In this document: piece after piece, positions 8,518-17,587 of the stretch
Numbering within the stretch: position 1 is the stretch's first letter
Layout of the letters: the number at the start of each line of letters is the position of its first letter
Origin: Vulcanimicrobiota bacterium
GTDB lineage: Bacteria > Vulcanimicrobiota > Vulcanimicrobiia > Vulcanimicrobiales > Vulcanimicrobiaceae
Assembly (NCBI GenBank): GCA_963733295.1
Contig: CAVTCS010000003.1
Location: 2,400,001-2,464,000 of the forward strand
Direction: 5' to 3'
Length of the DNA stretch: 64,000 nucleotides
Program-made: the position numbers and the translations under genes
The notes under the pieces: generated by a model
Seen by the model: the letters and a program-made list of their open reading frames with translations, nothing else
Told to the model about the DNA's origin: nothing
Databases searched by the model: none

Positions 8518-10350
8518 TTGCGGTTAAGTACTCGCGTCACGAATGGGGAGCATCAACGCGTGATAGTGTCCGTTCCCGCGAGCCCGCCCGCGCCGGCGAG
8601 TCTCCGGCAAAGTGTCGACGTCCTGATGCGGCAGCGCCAGAAGGAGCTTCACATCCCCGGCATGGCGCTGGTCATCGTCAAAGACGATCGGGTCGTGTAC
8701 GCCCATGCCTTCGGTGTGCGGAATGTCGCGAAGAATCAACCCGTAACACTCGATACGGTCTTTCCGATAGGCTCGTGTACGAAGGCGTTTACCGCAATGA
8801 CGCTCGCGATCGAGCAAGACAGAGGCCTGGTCAGCTTCCACGACCATCCCCAACGCTACCTGACGGATTTCAAGATGGCCGATCCGGTTGCAAATGCGGG
8901 CGTCACGCTGGTCGACATGCTTTCCCATCGAACGGGTCTCATGGCATATAACGACCTTTCGGCGGAACCAGGCGTCTTGACCATGGACCAATACGTGCGA
9001 GCCGCGACGTCGGCAAAACCGACGGCACCGTTCCGAAGCAAATTCCAGTATAACAACGCGATGGTCGTTGCGGCGGGCAAAATCGCCGGCACCGTGAACG
9101 GGAGCACGTGGGCCCAAGCCGTCACGCAGGACGTTCTAGAACCCCTCGGCATGGACTCGACGACGCCCGACGTTTTCGCAGCGATGCACGACGCCGATCA
9201 CGCCACGGGATACACATACGATCCCTCAGCCGGCTGGCAGCCGGTAGCACCTCCGGCGACGCTTCGCGAACTCGCCCCCGCCGGAGCTGTCGCGTCGAGC
9301 GCCAACGACATGACGCGCTGGGTTCGCATGCTCGCCGACGGCGGCGTCGTAGACGGCAAACGGTTCGTTTCCGCCGTGTCATACGAACAAATGACGACGC
9401 CGACGATCAAAGTTTCTCCGCGATTCTCCTACGGACTTGGCTGGGCGATCTATTCGTTGAACGGCCAGAAGGTCGTGGAACACAACGGCGGCTCCGAAGG
9501 CATTAGCGCACTCGTGAGCTTCATACCATCCCGCCACACCGGCTTCGTTCTCCTTGCCAACACTACCCACACTGCGATGACCACCGTTGGCAACCTCGCG
9601 ACGCGGCTCTACCCGCGGCTCTTGAACGAACCCGGGAGCGAGGCGCCATCGCAAGCGCCCAGCGCTACGCCCGCTCCGAAGCCGTCGCGCTCGAGCGCCG
9701 CACTGCCGCCGGCTGACGCGCTCATTGCTCGCGCGATTGCCGCTCTCGGCGGCGAACGCGCGATGCAACGGCATGCGTCGATATCGATTGAAGAGCGAAA
9801 ATGGTACGCCAACCAGGGCGTCACCGCATCCGTGACCGTCCTTGCAGGTGCCCCTGCTTCGCAAGAAACCCGCGAAACGTGGTTTGCCGCAGGGCGTGAG
9901 ATCGCACGCTTACGCCTCTACTTCGACGGCACGCGTGGTGGGCAAGCGACGACTTTTGGGCAGAACGCGGCCGACGACGCAACCGAACGCGTGGCCGCAC
10001 GCCGCGACGATCGCCTGCATCCACTGTTATCGCTGAAGCACGACTACCGCCGCGTTCGCGTCGTGGAATCGACGACATTCGCCGGCGAGCCGTCGTACGT
10101 GATCGAGCTAGCCCCGGCCGAGGGCGATTCCGTCTTTCTGACCGTATCCAAATCTTCCGGCATCCCGCTGGAACGCAGTGAGGGGAATACGACACAAACG
10201 TTCGCCGATTATCGCCTCGTAGACGGCGAAGTCGTACCGTTTCGCATTACCATCCACGACGAGCTCGGCGAAACCGACGTTCGCGTCGACCGGATACGAT
10301 TCGACGTTCCAATTCCACCGGATGCGTTTTCGCCGCGCCGGACGCTTTAG
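8518..10350 (+). CDS. Serine hydrolase (beta-lactamase/AmpC-like family) with extra C-terminal domain; start uncertain
   Basis: SxxK (SCTK), LSHRTG, YxN (YNN), HNGG. Confidence 0.85.
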   Translation: MRLSTRVTNGEHQRVIVSVPASPPAPASLRQSVDVLMRQRQKELHIPGMALVIVKDDRVVYAHAFGVRNVAKNQPVTLDTVFPIGSCTKAFTAMTLAIEQDRGLVSFHDHPQRYLTDFKMADPVANAGVTLVDMLSHRTGLMAYNDLSAEPGVLTMDQYVRAATSAKPTAPFRSKFQYNNAMVVAAGKIAGTVNGSTWAQAVTQDVLEPLGMDSTTPDVFAAMHDADHATGYTYDPSAGWQPVAPPATLRELAPAGAVASSANDMTRWVRMLADGGVVDGKRFVSAVSYEQMTTPTIKVSPRFSYGLGWAIYSLNGQKVVEHNGGSEGISALVSFIPSRHTGFVLLANTTHTAMTTVGNLATRLYPRLLNEPGSEAPSQAPSATPAPKPSRSSAALPPADALIARAIAALGGERAMQRHASISIEERKWYANQGVTASVTVLAGAPASQETRETWFAAGREIARLRLYFDGTRGGQATTFGQNAADDATERVAARRDDRLHPLLSLKHDYRRVRVVESTTFAGEPSYVIELAPAEGDSVFLTVSKSSGIPLERSEGNTTQTFADYRLVDGEVVPFRITIHDELGETDVRVDRIRFDVPIPPDAFSPRRTL

Positions 10351-11132
10351 CGCTCTCGAGCGATCGCGTCGTGCAATTCGAACCAACGGTCGGGCGAAAC
10401 GGTGACGTCGCCGCGGAACGGATAGTCGAGCAAAACGATGAGCGAAAACAGAATGCCGATCATCGCCGCAGTCGCTCCCGTCATAATCAGCTGGACGCGA
10501 AAGTTCTTCAAACCGAATAAGTAGAGGAAGCAGACGAGGACTATCGCGCCTAGCACGAGACCGAGTTTGATGATCGGTGCGACGGTGCTACCCACATCGT
10601 TGATGCGGTGGCGCCGAAGGTCGGCCACGACTTGAACGCGTTCAAACAGCTGGTTCTGCAGGTTCGAGCGCTGGGCATCGGTCACCTGAATCCGCGCCAC
10701 GTCCGTGAAGAGGACGAGGATCAATTTCTGAGCCGCTGCACTACTCTTTCCGTCGCGCATCTTCGGCCACTCATCGCTGCCAACCACGATCGCGTAGCGG
10801 GCGACGTCGTATCGGATTCGGGCGGCCTCGCGTGCCGGCAAAAGCTCGCCGAAACGCCAAACGTCGGTCGCTGCATCGACTTCCGCTTGCGCCCGTTCCT
10901 GAGATTGGGAAAAGTGCTCCCATACCACGACGGTCATGAAACCCAGAAGAACGGCATACAGAACGCCGACGACGGCGAGGATGAACCCCGCGACTTCGTT
11001 GTGCTCGAGGAAGTCCGCTTTCGCAAACGATCGACGGACCAAAACGTGGCCCGCGCACGCCACGATAACGCACGTCAAAGTGATGAGCAAAAGCCCGGCC
11101 CAGCCTGGGACTGCATAGATAGATGGCATCAC
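10347..11132 (-). CDS. DUF4239 (bestrophin-like) membrane protein
   Basis: HNEVAG, VGVLYAVLLGF..VWE, LDYPFRG. Confidence 0.75.
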   Translation of the reverse strand: MMPSIYAVPGWAGLLLITLTCVIVACAGHVLVRRSFAKADFLEHNEVAGFILAVVGVLYAVLLGFMTVVVWEHFSQSQERAQAEVDAATDVWRFGELLPAREAARIRYDVARYAIVVGSDEWPKMRDGKSSAAAQKLILVLFTDVARIQVTDAQRSNLQNQLFERVQVVADLRRHRINDVGSTVAPIIKLGLVLGAIVLVCFLYLFGLKNFRVQLIMTGATAAMIGILFSLIVLLDYPFRGDVTVSPDRWFELHDAIARER

Positions 11133-11187
11133 GCAGGTCTTTGACGCTTGCTACTCGACCCTCCCGCCGGAGTGCTGGCTGCGTTAT

Positions 11188-12528
11188 CTAGCTGGTCTTG
11201 CTCCGCACCGACCGGAACGTAGCGCGAACGTCTTCGGAGAAGAGCTGCGGTTGTTCCCAGGCCGCAAAGTGGCCGCCCACGTCGTGCTTCTTGTAGTAGA
11301 CGAGTTTGGGATACGCTTTTTTCGACCAGCTTTCCGGCGCGGTGTAGAGCTCGTGTGGAAAGGCGCTGACGCCGGTCGGAATGCTGACGCCCTTGACGTC
11401 GAAGAAGTCGAGCTTATTTTCCCAATACAGGCGCGCCGACGAGATCCCCGTCTTCGTGAACCAGTACATCGTGATGTTGTCGAGGACGTCGTCTCGCGAG
11501 AGGCCGCCGGGGTTTCCGAAAAAGGCGGGCGCGATCATCTCGTAGCTGTCCTTGTCGTGATCGAGCATCCAAGTCGCCAGGCCGATCGGTGAATCCAACA
11601 ACCCGTAGAGCGTCTGTGGGCGGTTGGCCATCTCGATGGCATAGCCCACGTGATGCGCGTAGAAGTCTTTGAGCTGCTCGAACGCGTTCAGCTCGTCGCC
11701 CGAAAGACCGGCCGGTGCCGCGCCGCCCGCCTTGGCTACCGCCAAGATGTCGGCCGGTACGGTACCCGGCATATTGCTGTGAATTGCTAGCACCTGCGCC
11801 GGCGCCAGTAAAGCTAGCTCTTGCGTGACGTTCGAACCCCAGTCGCCGCCTTGCGCCACGAATTGCGAATATCCGAGGCGCTCCATCAGCACGACCCACG
11901 CTTTTGCGATGCGAATCGGATCCCAGCCGAGGACCGTCGGCTCGGGCGAATACCCGTAGCCCGGGAGCGACGGTATCACGAGATGGAACGCGTCCGAAGC
12001 GCTGGCGCCATGCGCTGTGGGATTGGTGAGCGGTCCGATGACCTTCGTCTGCTCGATGATCGAGCCGGGCCACCCGTGCGTGATGATAAGCGGCAACGCG
12101 TTTTCGTGTTGCGAGCGAACGTGGATGAAATGAATATCCTGGCCGTCGATCTCGGTGACGAATTGCGGGATTGCGTTGAGTTGAGCCTCGCACTTGCGCC
12201 AATCGTAACCGCTCGCCCAGTAGGTCGCGAGAGCCTGAGTGGTCGCCAGTTGTATCCCTTGCGTGTCGTCCGGAACGAGTTCCCGCGTGGGCCATCGCGT
12301 TGCCTTAACGCGCCCGCGCAGCTCGACGAGTTCCGCCTCGGGAACGTTCAGCTTGGGAAACGGACGGATAGCGGTCGTGCCGCTGCCCGCCTGTTGTGCA
12401 AGTTGCGTCATGGTTGTCATCCTTTCGGTCAATTCGTTCGCTGTAGTGGATCCTGCGCTGCCGGCGATCCCAAGCCCAGTCGCGCCGAGGCCGATAGTCG
12501 CCCGGTTGACGAAGGTGCGGCGGTTCAT
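11188..12528 (-). CDS. Epoxide hydrolase (EHN domain plus alpha/beta fold)
   Basis: YDWR, HGWPGS, PSLPGYGYS, QGGDWG, GGHFAAWEQP; N-terminal RRTFV Tat-like motif. Confidence 0.9.
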   Translation of the reverse strand: MNRRTFVNRATIGLGATGLGIAGSAGSTTANELTERMTTMTQLAQQAGSGTTAIRPFPKLNVPEAELVELRGRVKATRWPTRELVPDDTQGIQLATTQALATYWASGYDWRKCEAQLNAIPQFVTEIDGQDIHFIHVRSQHENALPLIITHGWPGSIIEQTKVIGPLTNPTAHGASASDAFHLVIPSLPGYGYSPEPTVLGWDPIRIAKAWVVLMERLGYSQFVAQGGDWGSNVTQELALLAPAQVLAIHSNMPGTVPADILAVAKAGGAAPAGLSGDELNAFEQLKDFYAHHVGYAIEMANRPQTLYGLLDSPIGLATWMLDHDKDSYEMIAPAFFGNPGGLSRDDVLDNITMYWFTKTGISSARLYWENKLDFFDVKGVSIPTGVSAFPHELYTAPESWSKKAYPKLVYYKKHDVGGHFAAWEQPQLFSEDVRATFRSVRSKTS

Positions 12529-13421
12529 GCCATCCCATCCACTGCAATGATGGCGTCGGCGAAGGCTTGCGGTGCTTCTTGGGGCACGTCGTGCCCAATG
12601 CCCGGCAGAGTGCGGTGCGCGTAATTGCCGGAGAACTGTTTGCGATAGGCGGTGCCATCGGCGTTAGCGCCGTCGAAATCGCTGCCGATCGTAATAGTTG
12701 GGACCGTGATGATCGGATTCTGCTGGAGCTTTTCCTCGAGCGACGCGTATCGCGGATCGCCTTGCGCGAGTTGCAGCCGCCAGCGGTAGTTGTGAATGAC
12801 GATCGCGACGTGGTCGGGGTTCTCAAAGGATTGCGCGGTGCGATCGTAGGTCGCATCGTCGAAGTTCCACTTCGGGGAGGCGAGCGTCCAAATCAGTTTG
12901 TTGAAGTCATGCCGGTTTTCACCGTACCCGGCGCGCCCGCGTTCGGTGGCGAAATAATACTGGTACCACCAGCCCAGCTCGCCGCGCGGCGGCAACGGCC
13001 GTTGGTTTGTCACGAGATTTACGATGAGATAGCCGCTCACCGAGACCAGCGCCTTGCAGCGTTGCGGCCAGAGCGCCGCCATGATGTCGGCTGCCCGCCC
13101 TCCCCAATCGAAGCCGGCGACGATTGCGCGCTCGACCTTCAGCGCGTCCATCAGCGCGATCGTATCGACCGCAAAAATGAGCTGTTCGCCGTTTCGAAAG
13201 GCCGCGTCTGAAAGAAAGCGGGTTGGGCCGTAGCCGCGCAGGTAAGGAATTAGCACGCGGTAACCCCGCGCCGCCAGCTGCGGCGCAACGTCGGCGTAGC
13301 TGTAGATGTCGTACGGCCAGCCGTGCAGCAGAATCACCGTTTGACCGCTGGGCGCGCCGACTTCAGCATACGCGACGTTCAGCTCACCGGCCACGATCTG
13401 CTTGAGGGGCAGGTCCTTCAC
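12525..13421 (-). CDS. Alpha/beta fold hydrolase
   Basis: LLHGWPY, PYLRGYG, GFDWGG, GHDVPQEAP. Confidence 0.9.
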   Translation of the reverse strand: MKDLPLKQIVAGELNVAYAEVGAPSGQTVILLHGWPYDIYSYADVAPQLAARGYRVLIPYLRGYGPTRFLSDAAFRNGEQLIFAVDTIALMDALKVERAIVAGFDWGGRAADIMAALWPQRCKALVSVSGYLIVNLVTNQRPLPPRGELGWWYQYYFATERGRAGYGENRHDFNKLIWTLASPKWNFDDATYDRTAQSFENPDHVAIVIHNYRWRLQLAQGDPRYASLEEKLQQNPIITVPTITIGSDFDGANADGTAYRKQFSGNYAHRTLPGIGHDVPQEAPQAFADAIIAVDGMA

Positions 13422-13657
13422 TTGGTTACCTTACGGGACGATGTGAGGGCCTCCTCGCGAAGTTACCGGAGTCAGAGCGTTTTTCGCGACTCGTTCGAAT
13501 AAACTGCGCAAGTTTTCCCATGTTTCCGCACCTCCGCAGAGTGGCGCTGGCTGCGATCCCAGTTTTCCCGAAATCGGCGTTTCGTTTTGTGCCGCAATCG
13601 ACTAGAATGTACTCACGGTCGCTTGTGAAATACCGTCGCGAGTGACCCGGAGAAAAG

Positions 13658-14239
13658 ATGATACAGCGAATCGTCGCCCTTGCTTTCTTCGTCGCGGCTA
13701 TAGCGCCCGTGTCACCGGCCTACAGCCGTTCCCGCGCATTCGACTTGCAGCATTCGAAGATGACGGTCCACGTCTACAAACAAGGCATGTTTTCGTTTCT
13801 TGCCGACAATCACGAGGTCGACGCCCCTATATTGAGCGGTTCGTACGACAGCGCGGATAAGGCCATCGAGCTCACGGTGGATGCCACGAAGATGCGCGTC
13901 ATGGATCCGAGTCTCCCCGCGCAGAAACGCGAATCCGTACAGACGAACATGGCCGGCCTGCAGGTGCTGGATGTGGCAGATTACCCGACCATCACTTTTC
14001 GCTCGACAACGATCGACGATGTCGACGCAAACCACTGGACGGTCACCGGCGATCTCACGCTCCGCGGACAGGTGCACCCCATCACCGTTAAAGTTCAGGC
14101 AAAGGATGCGACGAACTTCACGGGGACGGCCACAGTTCGCCAGACGGCGTTTGGCATCACGCCGATCCGAATTGCGGGCGGCGCCGTCACCGTAAAGGAC
14201 GACGTCACCGTCGAGTTTGAGATCGCACTGCAGCCTTAG
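13658..14239 (+). CDS. YceI family protein
   Basis: Signal peptide, YPTITFRST, VTGDLTLRG, RQTAFGI. Confidence 0.85.
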   Translation: MIQRIVALAFFVAAIAPVSPAYSRSRAFDLQHSKMTVHVYKQGMFSFLADNHEVDAPILSGSYDSADKAIELTVDATKMRVMDPSLPAQKRESVQTNMAGLQVLDVADYPTITFRSTTIDDVDANHWTVTGDLTLRGQVHPITVKVQAKDATNFTGTATVRQTAFGITPIRIAGGAVTVKDDVTVEFEIALQP

Positions 14240-14487
14240 GAGCCTTCTTCGACCTCGACGATACTGTCTGCGACCAGACCGTGCGCTTCGCGGTGCACAG
14301 CGATCGCGGCTTCCTTCGTTGGAGCTTCCACCAGGCAGAAAACTTTGCCGCTGCCTTCGTCAAACCAGTATCGTATGTACTTGGCGCCGTGTTTACCTTG
14401 CGTCTTGAGGTCGGCCTGATGAGCTTGAGCTACCGCATCGCCGGTCAAGCCTTCGATGTGGTCGTGAACGTCCATGAAAAGCGGCAT
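14236..14487 (-). CDS. DUF4242 domain protein
   Basis: MPLFMDVH, AHQADL, YWFDE..KVFCLVEAP, HREAHG; GAGGAG RBS. Confidence 0.85.
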   Translation of the reverse strand: MPLFMDVHDHIEGLTGDAVAQAHQADLKTQGKHGAKYIRYWFDEGSGKVFCLVEAPTKEAAIAVHREAHGLVADSIVEVEEGS

Positions 14488-14668
14488 TGAAAACTCCTCG
14501 TTTCCTGACTATTCGCGGGCATCAACGGTGCGGTGAGTGTCACGATATCCGGACAACCATGCCGACGTGCTGCGCGCCGTTCGCTTGACAGGCGCGACAC
14601 CCTTCCGAGACCCGCACCTCCGTGTCGGCGGACCCGGAATCGTTTGGGGCCTGCCCGAAGGAGGCCCC

Positions 14669-15550
14669 GTGACACATCACAACGATTCCGGGCACGGCCT
14701 GTCTCACGCGAGCCTCACATCCTTAGAGCAGCACGCCAACGACGTACGCAAGGGCATCATCCGGTCGTTGCTCGCCGCCGGCTCCGGGCATAGCGCCGGG
14801 TCGCTCGATATGGCGGACGTCTTTACCGCGCTCTACTTTCATATCATGCGTCACGACCCCGAGCGTCCGCTGTGGGAAGACCGCGATCGGCTGCTGCTGT
14901 CGTGCGGACATATCGCGCCGGTGCGCTATAGCGCGATGGCTTACGCCGGATATTTCCCGGTCGAAGAACTGCTGACGCTGCGCAAGCTCGGATCCCGCTT
15001 GCAGGGCCATCCCGAACGAACCAGATTGCCGGCGCTCGAAACGACCTCGGGTCCGCTGGGCGAAGGACTCGCGCAGGGCACCGGAATGGCTTTGGCCGCC
15101 AAGATGGACGAGAAAGATTGGCGCGTCTACGTCGTCACCTCGGACGCCGAGCACCAGTGCGGCCTCCATTGGGAGGCGGTCATGACCGCCGCCAAATTCA
15201 AGCTCGATAATCTCACGTGCATCGTCGATCGCAACTTCATTCAAATTGACGGCAGCACCGAAGACGTCATGCCGCTCGAACCGCTCGTCGACAAGTACCG
15301 CGCCTTCAATTGGGAAACGTTCTCGTGCGATGGAAACGACATCGGCGAATTCATTGCGACAGTGGAAAAGGCCAAACTCGTGCGCGGCAAACCGCAAGTC
15401 ATCATCGCTCACACGCTGTCCGGTAAGGGCGTCGCATTCATGGAGGGCGACTACCTCTGGCACGGAAAGCCGCCGAACGCCCAACAGGCCGAGGAGGCTT
15501 TACGCGAACTCGATGCGCGAGGCGAGAGAATCGCGGCGGCCCGTGGCTAG
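14669..15550 (+). CDS. Transketolase, N-terminal (TPP-binding) subunit
   Basis: GSGHSAGSL, DRLLLSCGH, LQGHP, SGPLGEG, WHGK; GTG start after AAGGAGG. Confidence 0.9.
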   Translation: MTHHNDSGHGLSHASLTSLEQHANDVRKGIIRSLLAAGSGHSAGSLDMADVFTALYFHIMRHDPERPLWEDRDRLLLSCGHIAPVRYSAMAYAGYFPVEELLTLRKLGSRLQGHPERTRLPALETTSGPLGEGLAQGTGMALAAKMDEKDWRVYVVTSDAEHQCGLHWEAVMTAAKFKLDNLTCIVDRNFIQIDGSTEDVMPLEPLVDKYRAFNWETFSCDGNDIGEFIATVEKAKLVRGKPQVIIAHTLSGKGVAFMEGDYLWHGKPPNAQQAEEALRELDARGERIAAARG

Positions 15551-16559
15551 ACGCAACGTGGTCGAGGAGGACGAAGTCGCCGGAATGCATCTGGTCGACT
15601 ACCGCGATGCCGCGGCGCTCGCGCGCGTTCCCACGCGCGACGGGTTCGGCAAAGGCTTGGTCGAGGCGGGTCGCCGCAACCACGCCGTCATCGGAATTTG
15701 CGCCGACCTCAGCGAGTCGACACGCATGGAGGCCTTCAAGACCGCGTTTCCGCAGCGCTACATCGAGATCGGAGTTGCCGAGCAGCTGTTGGCGGCAATG
15801 GCCTCCGGTCTAGCGGCCAGCGGAAAGATTCCTTTCATTGCGAGCTACGCGATGTTCGATCCCGGGCGCTCCTGGGAGCAGATTCGGACGACCATCGCCC
15901 TGAACGACACGAACGTGAAGATCGCCGGCGCACATGCGGGCGTCTCGGTCGGCCCCGACGGCGCGACGCATCAGGCGATCGAAGACATCGCGATCATGCG
16001 CGTCATTCCCAACATGACCGTCGTCGTGCCCTGCGATTCGGTTCAAACCGAGAAGGCGACCATTGCTGTGGCCGAGCGGCGGGGCCCAACCTACTTGCGC
16101 TTCGGCCGCGACAAGAGCGCGGTCCTCACGACCGAGAAGACGCCTTTTGAAATCGGCAAAGCTCAGACGTTTCGCGCCGGCAGCGACGTGGCGCTCGTCG
16201 CCTGCGGCATCTTAGTCGAGAACGCGCTGCTGGCCGCCGGCAAGCTGGCCTCCGAGGGCATCGAATGCCGCGTTATCAACAACCATACGGTCGAGCCCAT
16301 GGATTGGAAGACGCTCGTCGAAGCGGCCCGCGCGTGCCGGGCCGTCGTCACGGTCGAAGAGCACCAAGTGCGCGGCGGGATGGGTTCGCGCGTGGCGGAG
16401 ATTCTCGCAGCACACGAACCCGTTCCAATGGAGTTCGTCGGGGTGCACGACCGGTTCGGTCAATCGGGCACTCCCGCCGAGCTGATCGAACACTACGGCA
16501 TGGGCACCGACGCGATCGTCAAAGCCGTTCGAAAAGTTCTGGAGCGTAAGAAGCCTTAG
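15543..16559 (+). CDS. Transketolase, C-terminal subunit
   Basis: ADLSEST, GVAEQ, GPDGATHQAIED, TVEEH, DRFGQSG. Confidence 0.9.
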   Translation: MARRNVVEEDEVAGMHLVDYRDAAALARVPTRDGFGKGLVEAGRRNHAVIGICADLSESTRMEAFKTAFPQRYIEIGVAEQLLAAMASGLAASGKIPFIASYAMFDPGRSWEQIRTTIALNDTNVKIAGAHAGVSVGPDGATHQAIEDIAIMRVIPNMTVVVPCDSVQTEKATIAVAERRGPTYLRFGRDKSAVLTTEKTPFEIGKAQTFRAGSDVALVACGILVENALLAAGKLASEGIECRVINNHTVEPMDWKTLVEAARACRAVVTVEEHQVRGGMGSRVAEILAAHEPVPMEFVGVHDRFGQSGTPAELIEHYGMGTDAIVKAVRKVLERKKP

Positions 16560-16580
16560 TCCGGCCTGCCGAGCGCTGAC

Positions 16581-16874
16581 CTAACGGCGCGAATCGAGAC
16601 GCTGTTGAACGAGCGCGAGGGCGAAGGTGAGATCGCTTGCGATATTTGAGTTTGGATCGCTGAGCTCAATGCTGAGGCCGATGGTGCTCAGTCTCGCCCA
16701 ACTGGCCTCGTCGCCGTCGAGGAACTCGTCGAGATACGCTTTCCGGACGCGCGCCTCGCGCTCGGTCAACGGCTCGCGCATCCAATCGACCGTTTCGCCG
16801 TCGATCTTGTCGACCGCGCCACGGCGTGCGCCGAAGTTGAAACTCCCGAATTCAGGCCGATCGGAATCGCTCAT
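16581..16874 (-). CDS. Hypothetical protein
   Basis: 97-aa ORF with typical codon usage filling the gap. Confidence 0.5.
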   Translation of the reverse strand: MSDSDRPEFGSFNFGARRGAVDKIDGETVDWMREPLTEREARVRKAYLDEFLDGDEASWARLSTIGLSIELSDPNSNIASDLTFALALVQQRLDSRR

Positions 16875-16933
16875 CGGAGGCTCGATCTTTTCGGTGGCCG
16901 TTTGTGAGCGACCCCCTGCGCGCTGCGGTCGAG

Positions 16934-17491
16934 CTAGCCCGTGCGGAATTGCTGGATTGCGAATACGACAGCCAACAGGATCAGCACGATGCCGGCGGCC
17001 CGTTCGGCATTCTTTTCGAACATGTGACCCAGCTTGGCACCGAAAGCGATGCCTGCCAGCGTGAAGCAGATCGTCGAAACCGCAACGGTTGCAAAGAGCT
17101 GAGGCAACGGCAGCTTCAATGCTGGAAGAGCAAATCCAACGCCGAGCGAGTCGAGGCTGATCGACAGTGACGCGAGCGCTAACCCGTGCGGTTTGGAAAC
17201 GTCAAACCCAAAGTCGTCACTGTTCGAGAAGCCCTCGCGCAGTATCCAAGCACCGATTAAGGCGAGCACGATGAGCCCGATCCACGTTGCAATCGTGCCG
17301 GCCAGACGGCCGAACCCCGTCCCCAGCAGTAAGCCTACGAGCTGCATGAGGATCTCCGCCGCCGCAAACGAGGCTCCCACGCGAACGCGCGTGGGCCACG
17401 GATAGCCTTTGATCCCGATAGCGACCGACAGGGCGAGAACGTCCAAACCGATAGCCAGCGCAATGCCGAATATTCGGAGCTGCGTTTCCAG
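16934..17491 (-). CDS. mntP: MntP-family manganese efflux pump; start uncertain (possible CTG)
   Basis: Two repeats, ALAIGLDVLALSVAIG and SISLDSLGVG; AERAAGIVLI. Confidence 0.75.
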   Translation of the reverse strand: METQLRIFGIALAIGLDVLALSVAIGIKGYPWPTRVRVGASFAAAEILMQLVGLLLGTGFGRLAGTIATWIGLIVLALIGAWILREGFSNSDDFGFDVSKPHGLALASLSISLDSLGVGFALPALKLPLPQLFATVAVSTICFTLAGIAFGAKLGHMFEKNAERAAGIVLILLAVVFAIQQFRTG

Positions 17492-17587
17492 GTGAAGATC
17501 TCCGCGACGAGGCGCTACGGGAAGTAAGGCCGGGGCTTCGCGCAAACCATGCGGTAAGCCCTCGCCTCGATGGGGAACGTCCGCTGC

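Noticed and set aside
13511..13569. AGTTTTCCC repeated twice 50 bp apart in a divergent intergenic region
   Set aside because: Two 9-mers are too little evidence for an operator or array
14537..14668. Long N-terminal extensions in the ORF track (transketolase, GH63 30455, glgX 35265, malQ 37505, acnA 60877, rnd 62306)
   Set aside because: They overlap upstream genes or precede clear RBS/coupled starts; starts were trimmed
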